DNA of 64,000 nt from a virus, in IMG/VR virus record IMGVR_UViG_3300036819_000087, positions 43,283-107,282 of that record. One strand, written 5' to 3'. A program made the translations under genes and the position numbers. A model generated the notes under the pieces. It did no database searches and was not told the DNA's origin. It was given only the letters and a program-made list of their open reading frames with translations. This document shows, one piece after another, positions 27,318 through 36,682 of this stretch. Positions within the stretch are counted from its first letter, which is position 1. Each line of letters begins with the position of its first letter.

Positions 27318-28056
27318 CCCGTCCGGGCCGAAGGTCCGGGACGCGATGCGTGCCGGGCACCTTGGCATGATGACGCAACCACGGCAGGGCAACCAGATGA
27401 TCCCTAGGGTGCCGTGGGCCGCCGACAACGGCCGCTTCTCGGACGCCACCTATGTCGGCGACGACGCCCTGCGCGCCTGGTGGGCCACGTTGCAGCCGTA
27501 CGCTGCGGACTGCCTGTTCGTGACCGCCCCCGATGTCGTGGCCGCCGCCCGCGCCACCCTCGATTACTCCACCCCGTTCCTCGCCGAGATCCGCGCGCTC
27601 GGGTTCCCCGCGGCGTTCGTCGCACAGAACGGCCTGGACCGGGTCCTGTCCAACATGTTCGGCCAGGACGACCGGACCACCTGGTGGGGGTCGTTCGACG
27701 TGCTGTTCCTCGGCGGTGTCAAGGAATGCCGCCACTGCCGTTACACCCGGTCGCCTCTGTTGAGAGACACCCCGGAACAGCCCTCGAACTCCCGGTGCCC
27801 GTGGTGTTTCCGGGCGCTGACCGAGTGGAAACTCGGCCCGGCGGCGCGGGCTCTCACTAGGGAGGCCCGGTGGCATGGACTGCGCGTGCACATGGGTCGG
27901 GTGAACTCACTGCGACGGTGCCAGATCGCCGACGCGATGGGCTGCGCGACCACGGACGGCACCCACCTCACCCGCGAACCGGACTTTGCCCTCACTGAAG
28001 TGATCGGCTGGCACCGGGCGGTCAACGACCAGGTTCCCCTCTGGGAGGCGTCATGA
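27301..28056 (+). CDS. DpdA/TGT-like transglycosylase-fold protein
   Basis: WAADNGRFS..APDVV..VAQNG..FLGG..EWK..VHMGRVNS..DGT; overlaps VUT gene. Confidence 0.7.
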   Translation: MLWLGNPSGPKVRDAMRAGHLGMMTQPRQGNQMIPRVPWAADNGRFSDATYVGDDALRAWWATLQPYAADCLFVTAPDVVAAARATLDYSTPFLAEIRALGFPAAFVAQNGLDRVLSNMFGQDDRTTWWGSFDVLFLGGVKECRHCRYTRSPLLRDTPEQPSNSRCPWCFRALTEWKLGPAARALTREARWHGLRVHMGRVNSLRRCQIADAMGCATTDGTHLTREPDFALTEVIGWHRAVNDQVPLWEAS

Positions 28057-28880
28057 GCCTCGCCGGCCCCGGCCGCATGATCACCGGCACCGCCGAGGAC
28101 CTCGTCACCGACTGGGCAGACGCCGACGTGATCACCGGCCAGCCGACGGGATGGGCCGTGTTCAACCAGGCCCGCACCCACCGGTACCTCCTGGCCCGCT
28201 ACTGGGACACCACCCCGGCCGTGCAGACGCTGACGTTTGTGATGCTGAACCCCTCCGACGCGGACGCTTTCCGCAACGATCCGACCGTCGGCCGGTGCAT
28301 GCGGTTCGCGCACCGGGAAGGCTACGGCGGTATCCGTGTCCTGAACGCCTACGGATACCGGTCCCCGCGGCCCGCCGACCTCCGGGCCGCCGCCGACCCG
28401 GTCGGGCCGTCCAACGATGCGGCCCTGGACCAGTGGGCTCGGGGCACGGTCGTGGTCGCGTGGGGCGCGCACCCGTTCGCCGCCGGCCGGGTCGCCGAGG
28501 TCGCCGCCCATCTCACTGCTGGCGGCGCGCGTCTGCTGTGTCTCGGCACCACCATGGACGGTTCCCCGATCCACCCGCTGGCCCGCGGCCGGTCCCGCGT
28601 CCCCGACGACGCGCCACTAGTCCCGTGGGCGCCTCCAGATGTGGGGGCGGCCCCCACCCGGGCCGCTTCCGCTCCACTCCCGCCGCCGGCCGGCACGTCA
28701 GGGGAAGGGCCACCGGCCGGCGGCGGGGATTTCCGTACCGCATGGGGCCGTGCCCTCGCCCGGCAGCACGCCGACACCCGCCGCCGCGTCACCCAGCCCC
28801 GCCGCCGCCCGGCTCGGGGCATCCCCGGTGACGCGGGGCCGGGCATGATCCGCCGCCCACCCCCCGGGAGCGCCGCATGA
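28053..28880 (+). CDS. DUF1643 protein
   Basis: RYLL.R.W..FVMLNPSDAD..DPTV.RC..VAWG..LGTT.DGSPIHPL. Confidence 0.9.
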   Translation: MSLAGPGRMITGTAEDLVTDWADADVITGQPTGWAVFNQARTHRYLLARYWDTTPAVQTLTFVMLNPSDADAFRNDPTVGRCMRFAHREGYGGIRVLNAYGYRSPRPADLRAAADPVGPSNDAALDQWARGTVVVAWGAHPFAAGRVAEVAAHLTAGGARLLCLGTTMDGSPIHPLARGRSRVPDDAPLVPWAPPDVGAAPTRAASAPLPPPAGTSGEGPPAGGGDFRTAWGRALARQHADTRRRVTQPRRRPARGIPGDAGPGMIRRPPPGSAA

Positions 28881-31045
28881 GACCACTGCGGGCCGGGTCA
28901 CTATGCACCGGGTACGGCGGCCTCGACCAAGCCGTGCTCGGCATGTTCGGTGGCGAACTGGTGTGGGTCGCCGACAACGAACCCGGCGCCGCCCAGATCA
29001 TCAACCACCACCATCCCGGGGTGAAAAACCTCGGCGACATCACCACCGTCGACTGGACCACGGTCGAACCGGTCGACATCCTCATCGCGGGTTTTCCTTG
29101 CCAGGACATCTCATCGGCCGGGCTCCGGGCGGGACTCCAAACCGGGAACCGGTCGGGGTTGTGGCATGTGATCACGGAAGCGATCCGGGTCTTGCGCCCG
29201 CGACTGGTGCTCCTGGAGAACGTGCGGGCCATCCTGACGGCCCGCGGAGACCGGCCCACCGACGAACACTTGCGCGCCGAAGCAACCCTGCGGGCCGCGA
29301 ACCAGATGCTCAACCACCTCGCCCAGGCCGGGAACATCGCACACAGCAGAGGAGATCGCCGTCGTGTCCAGGCAATTCAGTGGCGTACCGATCGCGTCGC
29401 TCGACTCCGCAAACGGGCGGTGGCTCGATGCGACCACCACGAACGGAGACTTGTTCGGGCAGTTGGAACCGTTTGCCGGTCGCTGGCCGACCTCGGGTTC
29501 AATGCGGAGTGGGATTGTGTACGAGCGGCCGATGTCGGCGCACCGCATATCCGCGACCGCTGGTTCGCTCTCGCATGGCCTGATGAAAACCCCGACCGCC
29601 CAGTTGGGGATCAACGGGGGGAGTCAGCCCGAGGAGAAACGGCGGGCGGGCGGGCATGGGCCGACGCTGGCCGACCAGATCGAGCACTCACTGATGGCGA
29701 ACTTGCCGACCCCGACAGCGCGGCCGGGGGACTCGTCCAGCCGCGGACCGGACCCGGCACGATACCGGGGGCCGAAGTCGCTGGGCGGGCGCCGGTCGAA
29801 CCTGGACGACGCGGTCGCGGCGATCGAGGACCGGTCTCCGTGGCTGGGCGATCTGCTGCCGGTCCCGGGGGTGCAGGCGGACGGCCCGGAGGTCCCGGAG
29901 GTGACATCGATGCTGCCGACCCCACTGTCGGGGGAGGCGCGGCACGGGTCACCGAACCAGCACCGGAGCGCCGGCGACACGATGCTGACGGGGGAGATCC
30001 TCGCGCTGGCGAACCCGGACCGGGGACTGAGCCCGGTCCGGGCCGGGCGGCTCGGCCAGGCGGAACCACCGACATTGCCGACCCCGAACGCGCGGGATGG
30101 CAAGGGCCGGGACCTGCCGACCCGGGGCGGGGGACAGGGCCTGCCGTCGGCGGTGCTGCCAACGCCGGTGTCGCATCCGACGGGCCGCACCCCGGAACAG
30201 CACATGGATGCCCGGTCGCGGGACGGCCGGACCGTCCCGTGCGACCTGGGGGTGGCGGTGTCATCCCTGGAAGCCTCACCGGCGGCGACGGGTACCGGCT
30301 CGGCCGGGCCGCCTGGGAACGGTCCCTTGATCCCGACCCCGACGGCGGCGGACGGGGACCGGGCCAGCCTGGTGTACCCGAGGGGGAACCCGACACTGGC
30401 CGGGACCGCGGTCCAGTTTCTGCCAACCCCGGCGGCCGGGGCGTTCAACGACGGGGAGAGCCCCGAGTCGTGGGCGGCCCGGAACGAGCGACTGCGGGCG
30501 AAAGGCTACAACGGGAACGGGATGGGCAAACCGCTGACGGTGGTCGCGCAGGAACTGCTGCCGACCCCGCGGGTGACCGAACGGGCCGGGATGCAGCCGA
30601 GCCCGGCCACGGTCCGGGGGACACACGGCCGGGACCTCGGCCCGACGGTCGGGGGACTGCTCCCGACACCGAGCGCGGCCGACGGGCTCGGTGGCCACAT
30701 CAACCGGAGCGGCCCCCGGGCGGGGGAACTTCTGCTGGGTGGCCAAGCGCGGCAGATAGCGGAGTCCAGTGGGGCAAATTCGCCCCCGCCATCGCCCGGT
30801 GGGAGTTCCTCACCGGACGGTCCGCCCCAGCTCCCACTGACATGGGACGGACCGGCCCCCGACTGAGCCCCCGGTTCGTCGAATGGATGATGGGCCTCCC
30901 GCCCGGCTGGGTCACCGACGTACCCGGCCTGTCCCGGTCCGCCATGCTGAAAGCACTCGGGAACGGCGTGGTGCCGCAACAGGCGGTCGCCGCGATCTAC
31001 CTGCTGGCCACCCGGATCCGCGAGACCTGGGACATGGCCGCATGA
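28877..31045 (+). CDS. DNA (cytosine-5) methyltransferase with very long variable region
   Basis: Motif I SLCTGYGGLD, IV GFPCQD, VI LENV, VIII GAPHIRDRWF, X LGNGVVP. Confidence 0.92.
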   Translation: MRPLRAGSLCTGYGGLDQAVLGMFGGELVWVADNEPGAAQIINHHHPGVKNLGDITTVDWTTVEPVDILIAGFPCQDISSAGLRAGLQTGNRSGLWHVITEAIRVLRPRLVLLENVRAILTARGDRPTDEHLRAEATLRAANQMLNHLAQAGNIAHSRGDRRRVQAIQWRTDRVARLRKRAVARCDHHERRLVRAVGTVCRSLADLGFNAEWDCVRAADVGAPHIRDRWFALAWPDENPDRPVGDQRGESARGETAGGRAWADAGRPDRALTDGELADPDSAAGGLVQPRTGPGTIPGAEVAGRAPVEPGRRGRGDRGPVSVAGRSAAGPGGAGGRPGGPGGDIDAADPTVGGGAARVTEPAPERRRHDADGGDPRAGEPGPGTEPGPGRAARPGGTTDIADPERAGWQGPGPADPGRGTGPAVGGAANAGVASDGPHPGTAHGCPVAGRPDRPVRPGGGGVIPGSLTGGDGYRLGRAAWERSLDPDPDGGGRGPGQPGVPEGEPDTGRDRGPVSANPGGRGVQRRGEPRVVGGPERATAGERLQRERDGQTADGGRAGTAADPAGDRTGRDAAEPGHGPGDTRPGPRPDGRGTAPDTERGRRARWPHQPERPPGGGTSAGWPSAADSGVQWGKFAPAIARWEFLTGRSAPAPTDMGRTGPRLSPRFVEWMMGLPPGWVTDVPGLSRSAMLKALGNGVVPQQAVAAIYLLATRIRETWDMAA
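29364..30866 (+). CDS. Nested +1-frame protein with ~10 LPTP repeats (putative MTase second subunit)
   Basis: 500-aa open frame with its own AGAGGAG RBS; WPTSGSMRSG motif; repeated (L)LPTP. Confidence 0.7.
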   Translation: MSRQFSGVPIASLDSANGRWLDATTTNGDLFGQLEPFAGRWPTSGSMRSGIVYERPMSAHRISATAGSLSHGLMKTPTAQLGINGGSQPEEKRRAGGHGPTLADQIEHSLMANLPTPTARPGDSSSRGPDPARYRGPKSLGGRRSNLDDAVAAIEDRSPWLGDLLPVPGVQADGPEVPEVTSMLPTPLSGEARHGSPNQHRSAGDTMLTGEILALANPDRGLSPVRAGRLGQAEPPTLPTPNARDGKGRDLPTRGGGQGLPSAVLPTPVSHPTGRTPEQHMDARSRDGRTVPCDLGVAVSSLEASPAATGTGSAGPPGNGPLIPTPTAADGDRASLVYPRGNPTLAGTAVQFLPTPAAGAFNDGESPESWAARNERLRAKGYNGNGMGKPLTVVAQELLPTPRVTERAGMQPSPATVRGTHGRDLGPTVGGLLPTPSAADGLGGHINRSGPRAGELLLGGQARQIAESSGANSPPPSPGGSSSPDGPPQLPLTWDGPAPD

Positions 31046-31066
31046 GACCGAGAGGAGGTGACCCCG

Positions 31067-31951
31067 TTGTCCGTCAAGGTGACCTCGTGGGTCTGGGACC
31101 ATTCCCGGACCAAGAAAAACGACAAGCTCCTCATGCTGGCGATCGCTGACAACGCGAACGAGGACGGCACCCACGCCTGGCCGTCCAACACCGAGCTGCA
31201 ACGCAAAACCGGGCTGAGCCAGCGCGGTGTCCGCATGGCGATCGCCGAGTGTGTGCGGGTGGGGGAACTGCATGTCGAATATAACGCCGGACCAGGCGGA
31301 ACCAACCGCTACACGGTGATCATGACCGGCGGCACCCCGGCAAAACCTGCCCGGGGCAAAACCTGCCCCCCGGCAAAATATGCCCCAGGCAATCCGTGCC
31401 CCCCCGAACCTGTGGATAGCGAGTTTCCGCAGGTCAACGAGGACTCTGACGGCCCCCCGGCAAAATCTGCCTCCCCTCAAATTGTGCCGGGGGAGGGGGC
31501 AAACTCTGCCCACGGAATCATCCATGAACCGTCCGATAAAGATCTTCATCCGCGTGAGGCCGTTGCCGCGGTCGCTGCCCGGTTGCCCCGCCTCGATGAG
31601 GACGATTCATCTTCGAAGGACCCCGACCGGATACCCCGCCTGGTGGTTGAACTGATCATCCAGCGGACCAAAGTCCACATCGACCTCGACGAGGCACGCC
31701 GCGTCGCTGCGGATCTTCTCGACGGCCGGGAGGTCGCCAACCCCGTCGCCTACGTGCGGCAGGCGCTCCGCCAGGAACCGGATCCGCTGACCCGGTTCGC
31801 TCTGCGACGACCCGCCGAGGGCACCCTCCAAGGCCAGGCCGGCGACTCCGCCTGCCGGTGCCTTGGCTCCCGGTGGGCCGACAACCCCGATGGGCCCGGT
31901 GTTGTGCCGTGCCCCGACTGCTCACCCTCGACCGCCCGGAGGACCGCATGA
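31067..31951 (+). CDS. Phage replication initiator (N-terminal HTH)
   Basis: KLLMLAIADNAN..AWPSNTEL.RKTGLSQRGV; internal iterons. Confidence 0.85.
   Translation: MSVKVTSWVWDHSRTKKNDKLLMLAIADNANEDGTHAWPSNTELQRKTGLSQRGVRMAIAECVRVGELHVEYNAGPGGTNRYTVIMTGGTPAKPARGKTCPPAKYAPGNPCPPEPVDSEFPQVNEDSDGPPAKSASPQIVPGEGANSAHGIIHEPSDKDLHPREAVAAVAARLPRLDEDDSSSKDPDRIPRLVVELIIQRTKVHIDLDEARRVAADLLDGREVANPVAYVRQALRQEPDPLTRFALRRPAEGTLQGQAGDSACRCLGSRWADNPDGPGVVPCPDCSPSTARRTA
31339..31510. repeat. Iteron array, putative replication origin (GGCA-N5-TGCC)
   Basis: Copies at 31339, 31355, 31372, 31388, 31459, 31498; DnaA-box-like TGTGGATAG at 31411. Confidence 0.8.
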
Positions 31952-33543
31952 CCGGCCACGCGATCATCGCCCAAGCCGACGCCCGCCACCTGCCCCTGCC
32001 CGACGCCAGCGTTGACCTGGTGCTGTTCTCGCCGCCGTACTTCGGGCAGCGGTCGTACACCGACGGCGGCGCCGCCTACGCCGGGCAGCTCGGATCGGAA
32101 CCCGACCCGTGGGCCTATCTCGAGAACCTGTTTACGGTCACCGCTGAGGCGGTCCGGGTCCTGAAGCCGGGCGGGAACCTGTTCGTGAACATTGGCGACA
32201 AGCATTCGACGTACACGGGGGCGAACTGGGGCAACGCCCGGTCGTTCGATGGGAACCGGGGCCAGGTGCCGCGTGGTGGCCCGGTCAACGCCCCCGAGGT
32301 GTACGGCATCCCGTACAAGTCGAAGATGGGCCTGCCGTGGCGGTATGCGCTGGGGTGTGTCGGCGGGACCGGGTCGATGCTCGACGACGCCGGCCTGGTG
32401 AAGCTTCTCCTGCGGGATGTGGCGCTCGGGGTCCTCGACCTCGCCGACGCTGAGGTCCTGGTCGACCAGCTCGCCGCGACGCGGGCGGGTGGGCTGGGCC
32501 TGTCGCTGCGTCAGGAGATCATCTGGGCGAAGCTGAACCCGATGCCCGAATCGGCCCGCGACCGGGCCCGGACCGCCCACGAGCCGATCTTCCATTTCAT
32601 CAAGGCCGGGCAGCGGCGCACCTACCACGCGACCGACCTGATCCGGGAACCGATCCAGTGGCCCGGCAAGTCCCGCACCTCGAACAAGGCCAACGACGTG
32701 TGGGGGCAGATCCACCCGTCCAAGCAGGGCAACCTGGGCAAGGGTGACGAGAACCCGCTGGGGAAGATCCCCGGGTCGGTGTGGTGGGCGGACCCGGACG
32801 ACCTGACCGAGCCGGTCCGCACGGTGTGGGAGATGGCGACGACCCCGCTGAAACTGCCGAAGGCGCTGGGGGTCGAGCATTACGCGGCGTTCCCGTTCGA
32901 GCTCGCCCGCCGTATCGTGCTCGGCTGGTCCCCCGAACGGGTGTGCGGCGTGTGCGGGGAAGGGCGCCGCCCGATCACAGAGTCGGTCCGCACGTTCGAC
33001 GGCCAGCCCCGCGGGGATCTCCCGACCTGGGCGGCCCCTGACGCGCCGCGGCGGGCTCCCAACGGAGCCGGTCACTGGCGGTTCGGCACTGACCGGCGGA
33101 TCCTCGGCCAGGCGTGCGCATGCACCCCGTACACCGACCACCCCGAACGGCGCGGGACCTCATTCCTCGACCACGACCGGGCGGCCGTGTCCGGCCAGTC
33201 AACCGACGCGGCCGGACGCTGGGCACGCTACACCGGATCGGCCACCGGGCCTCGTGGCCCGGTCCGCGAATACCACCTGGACGGCTGGACGCCGCCGCCC
33301 AGCACGCCGGGTGTGGTCCTCGACCTGTTCGGCGGCGCCGGGACCACGGCCGCTGTCGCGGTCGCCTACGGCCGGACCGGGATCTCACTGGACCTGTCCC
33401 ACGACTACGGGCGGGCTGCCCGGTGGCGGGTCACCGACGAGGGGGAGCGGGCCCGCATCCTCGGGGTGAAGAAACCCGACCCGGTCCGCCCGGACCAGGG
33501 CAGCCTGTTCGACGACCTTGAGGTGAACGGAGCCAGCGCGTGA
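31948..33543 (+). CDS. Beta-class N4C/N6A DNA methyltransferase
   Basis: FSPPY, NIGD, IIWAK.NPMPES, HYAAFP, VLDLFGGAGTT. Confidence 0.92.
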   Translation: MTGHAIIAQADARHLPLPDASVDLVLFSPPYFGQRSYTDGGAAYAGQLGSEPDPWAYLENLFTVTAEAVRVLKPGGNLFVNIGDKHSTYTGANWGNARSFDGNRGQVPRGGPVNAPEVYGIPYKSKMGLPWRYALGCVGGTGSMLDDAGLVKLLLRDVALGVLDLADAEVLVDQLAATRAGGLGLSLRQEIIWAKLNPMPESARDRARTAHEPIFHFIKAGQRRTYHATDLIREPIQWPGKSRTSNKANDVWGQIHPSKQGNLGKGDENPLGKIPGSVWWADPDDLTEPVRTVWEMATTPLKLPKALGVEHYAAFPFELARRIVLGWSPERVCGVCGEGRRPITESVRTFDGQPRGDLPTWAAPDAPRRAPNGAGHWRFGTDRRILGQACACTPYTDHPERRGTSFLDHDRAAVSGQSTDAAGRWARYTGSATGPRGPVREYHLDGWTPPPSTPGVVLDLFGGAGTTAAVAVAYGRTGISLDLSHDYGRAARWRVTDEGERARILGVKKPDPVRPDQGSLFDDLEVNGASA

Positions 33544-33848
33544 GCGGCAGGAAACCGAGCCCGGCCCAGAGCGAGAAAGAGACCGCGGTCGAGGCCCTCG
33601 TCTACCGGATGGCCCAGGCCGGGTACGGCGGCAGCGTTGAGGAGCGGGACACGTTCGCCCGCGAATACGTCGACATGATGTGGGCGCGGGGTCTGCGGGT
33701 GGTGCCCGTGGGCCGGCCCGAGGCGTGGAAGGAAACCACCGGCGACCCGGCCAAGCCCGAGGCACGCACCCGCGCGGCCGAGGCGGCCCGGGCTGCGCTG
33801 ACCCGGGCGAAGCCGGCCGCCCGTCCGGCCCCGCCGGGCGCGGCCTGA
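33540..33848 (+). CDS. Hypothetical protein
   Basis: Coupled. Confidence 0.65.
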   Translation: MSGRKPSPAQSEKETAVEALVYRMAQAGYGGSVEERDTFAREYVDMMWARGLRVVPVGRPEAWKETTGDPAKPEARTRAAEAARAALTRAKPAARPAPPGAA

Positions 33849-33884
33849 ACGAGCACCACCCGTACAACCGAGGAGAACCACGTC

Positions 33885-34334
33885 ATGCCCATCGCCACCC
33901 TGCCCAGCATCTGCTGGACCACCACCTCCCGATTCGAGGACGGCCACGACCACTGGGACACCGAAGCCCAGGCGCTGCGGATCGTCATCCAGCAGTTCAC
34001 CGAGGACACCACCGCGCCGGGGGAGCTGCCCGGCCGGTACACCGCCTGCTGCCTGACCGTGGAATGCGACGGCCGTGAATGCGGCGAAACGCTGGTCGAC
34101 CACGAGTGGGAGTTCCCCATCCATTTCGACACGTACCGCGAGGCGACCGAGTACCTCGCCGAGGACGCCCGGGCTGAGGATCGGAGCAAACGGTCAGATT
34201 TCCCCTACCGGGGCTGGATCATGACTCCAGGCGGCGGCGCGTGGTGCCCGGCATGCCGGGAGGAAGGCCAGGTCCCGCCGCCGCCGCTGACCCGCGCGGA
34301 GCAGGCCGACGCCGGTCAGCAGGTCCTGCTGTGA
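33885..34334 (+). CDS. Hypothetical Zn-binding protein
   Basis: RBS motif; ECDGREC..GW..WCPAC. Confidence 0.7.
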   Translation: MPIATLPSICWTTTSRFEDGHDHWDTEAQALRIVIQQFTEDTTAPGELPGRYTACCLTVECDGRECGETLVDHEWEFPIHFDTYREATEYLAEDARAEDRSKRSDFPYRGWIMTPGGGAWCPACREEGQVPPPPLTRAEQADAGQQVLL

Positions 34335-34609
34335 CCGCACCAGCCGGGCACGGACTGGAGGGCCAGCCGCGTGGCTGCGGCTGGCCCCTCGACGGGGAAT
34401 GCAAACTGAACGACCGGTCGCATCTGCCGCCGGCCGGTACCCGCCGCGCCTGGACCAACCACGACCAGCGCTGCCCCAAACCGAACCCCCGGCCGAGCAC
34501 GAAACGCCGGGACGGCTACCCCTCATGCAGCCTGATCGCCGACCACGACGGCGACTGCGACTATGACCGTGAAGCCATGCCCGGCCCGGACCAGGACCGG
34601 GCCGCATGA
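34331..34609 (+). CDS. Hypothetical protein
   Basis: Coupled; C..H repeats. Confidence 0.55.
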   Translation: MTAPAGHGLEGQPRGCGWPLDGECKLNDRSHLPPAGTRRAWTNHDQRCPKPNPRPSTKRRDGYPSCSLIADHDGDCDYDREAMPGPDQDRAA

Positions 34610-35094
34610 CCGCCGGGGACGGCAAAGACAGCGACCTCGCCCGCGTGGTCGCGTACCGGCTCCGCCTCCGCCGCCGCCTCGTCGACTACTCGTTTCTCCG
34701 CGACACCGGCTCGACCCCCGAGGACGCCGGTACCCGGCTCGGCTGGGGAGAGAGAACGGTCGAGCAGAACGAGCTCCGGTACCGGGCCCGTGAGGTTCCC
34801 GAATGGCCACCGCCGGCCGGCGCGGACGCCCCGAAGACCGCGTGGGGCGACGCCTGCGGCACCGAACTGGGCTGGGAAGTGCACCGGTACCTGAACCGTG
34901 ACCGGGCGTGCCCAGCGTGCCTGCTGGCCCACTACCCGGGCCTGCTGGCCGAGGACACGCCTGCGGGGATATCTCCGCCGCCGCCGCCTCCTCCGGTCAC
35001 TGACGAGGAAGCCGCCCGGCACCTCGCCGACCTGGCCACCGCGATCGGCGCGCCGATTCCCTGGGATGAGACCAGCGGCCAGGCGGCGGCGTGA
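34606..35094 (+). CDS. HTH + Zn-binding hypothetical protein
   Basis: EDAGTRLGWGERTV; CGT..H..CPAC. Confidence 0.6.
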   Translation: MTAGDGKDSDLARVVAYRLRLRRRLVDYSFLRDTGSTPEDAGTRLGWGERTVEQNELRYRAREVPEWPPPAGADAPKTAWGDACGTELGWEVHRYLNRDRACPACLLAHYPGLLAEDTPAGISPPPPPPPVTDEEAARHLADLATAIGAPIPWDETSGQAAA

Positions 35095-35130
35095 GACGTA
35101 ACCGCGACAGCAACCGAGGAGAATCAGCAC

Positions 35131-35778
35131 ATGCGTTACCAGATCCGGCCGCTGGGCCTCTGGACCGACCCGGAAACCACCCAGCGCCGCCCTACCGGCG
35201 TGTTTCGTGCCACCTGGCCGGAAACTCTCGAACTACTCGAAACCGAGATAGACAAGATCGGCGGGGAAGACCCCGTCGTTGTTCAGGTCGATGTCGCTGA
35301 AGCCGATATCCGCCTGGACGGGATGCTGCGGGCCAGCGCCCAGGTCGGCCACCCGGGGGTGATCGTGTCGTTCGGCTCCGACTATGGGCCGCTGCGGTAC
35401 GCCACCGACGCCTACGAGAAACAGTGGGGCGGGTCGAAGGTGCTGGCGTCGTGGCAGGGGAATGTCCGCGCAATCGCGCTCACCCTCGGCTCGTTGCGCG
35501 ACATCGACCGGTGGGGGGTGCCGAAACGTGGCCAGCAGTACACCGGGTGGAAGGCGCTCCCGGCCGCGGCCGGGGTGACGTTCCCGTCCGTGGATGAGGC
35601 GGTGCGGTGGATGCGGGACTGGGCTGGCCGCCACCAGATCGACGAGGACCTCGCCGCGCCGCGGACCTTGTACCGGGCGATGGCCCGGCGTCTGCATCCC
35701 GACGCGGGCGGCGACCCCGACGACTGGGAACGCCTCGCCGCGGCCCGGCTCCTGCTCACCACGGCGGGCATGCTGTGA
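35131..35778 (+). CDS. Phage J-domain (DnaJ-like) protein
   Basis: C-terminal YRAMARRLHPDAGG; NVRAIALTL..LR.IDRWG. Confidence 0.8.
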   Translation: MRYQIRPLGLWTDPETTQRRPTGVFRATWPETLELLETEIDKIGGEDPVVVQVDVAEADIRLDGMLRASAQVGHPGVIVSFGSDYGPLRYATDAYEKQWGGSKVLASWQGNVRAIALTLGSLRDIDRWGVPKRGQQYTGWKALPAAAGVTFPSVDEAVRWMRDWAGRHQIDEDLAAPRTLYRAMARRLHPDAGGDPDDWERLAAARLLLTTAGML

Positions 35779-35984
35779 GCACAGTCAAGATCCGCGTGTG
35801 GGGCAAAAAAGACGACTGCCGGGCCACTGTGGAGCAACTCAGCGCGGTGATGGCGATCCTGTCGGTCAGCGGATGGGTGCGGGACCAGCCCCGCCGCCGC
35901 CGCGGTGCAGTCCCGGACGATGACCCCTCCGAAAGCATCCTCGGCCGCGTCTACGTCGAGGCTGACCTGCCGGCGGGGGAATAG
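35775..35984 (+). CDS. Hypothetical protein
   Basis: Coupled; KIRVWG..RVYVE. Confidence 0.6.
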   Translation: MSTVKIRVWGKKDDCRATVEQLSAVMAILSVSGWVRDQPRRRRGAVPDDDPSESILGRVYVEADLPAGE

Positions 35985-36047
35985 CCCGCCACGCCGAGCC
36001 GGCCCGGAAACCGTTGCGCTGACGGCGTAACCGCCGACAATGACTGT

Positions 36048-36323
36048 ATGACCGCAGGACCAGCCGCCGATGAGGCCGCCGCCCAGTGGTGGCCCGGCCC
36101 GGCCGACGGTGACCAGCCGCTCGGCCTGGCCGAGGTCGTCCAGCTCGGCCGCGCCCAGTTCCGCCGTGCTCTCATCCGCCGTCTGCGCCGTGAACACACC
36201 GGCGGCCTCGGGTCTCCGCTGGTCACCGAGCACCCCGAACTGGTCGCCGATGTGGTCATGGGGCTTGCCAACCTCCTGGTCCCCGCGAAAGATGGGGAAC
36301 AGAGACGCAACTGCGAGGGGTAG
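36048..36323 (+). CDS. Hypothetical protein
   Basis: ORF, GC3-rich. Confidence 0.5.
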   Translation: MTAGPAADEAAAQWWPGPADGDQPLGLAEVVQLGRAQFRRALIRRLRREHTGGLGSPLVTEHPELVADVVMGLANLLVPAKDGEQRRNCEG

Positions 36324-36346
36324 TTGCGCGGGGAGGGATTGCAGCC

Positions 36347-36682
36347 ATGGGGCTGGGTCAAGGCGACGTGACGTTCTGGACATGCCCGAACACCGCTCAC
36401 ACCGCGGTCCGTGCTGAGGGCGCGGTCAAAATCTGCGAGGTGTGCGGTCTCACCTCGAAACACACCGGGACCTTGATCGACCGGGGGCAGGCTGACCAGC
36501 GGCAACGCGACCTGCTGTTCCTCCGGGACCTGGCCCGCCGGATCCGCACCGCACGGGAACTTGTCCTCGAGGGCGACGCCGACGACGGTCTGCTGCGGGT
36601 GCCGGCGATTCCGGCGCTGTGTGTCGACGCGGTCGCCGATCTCCTCGGGGACGCCCCGGTCGGTGCCCCCTCGGGTGAATAA
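36347..36682 (+). CDS. Hypothetical Zn-binding protein
   Basis: GGGAGGG RBS; WTCP..H..CEVC. Confidence 0.55.
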   Translation: MGLGQGDVTFWTCPNTAHTAVRAEGAVKICEVCGLTSKHTGTLIDRGQADQRQRDLLFLRDLARRIRTARELVLEGDADDGLLRVPAIPALCVDAVADLLGDAPVGAPSGE

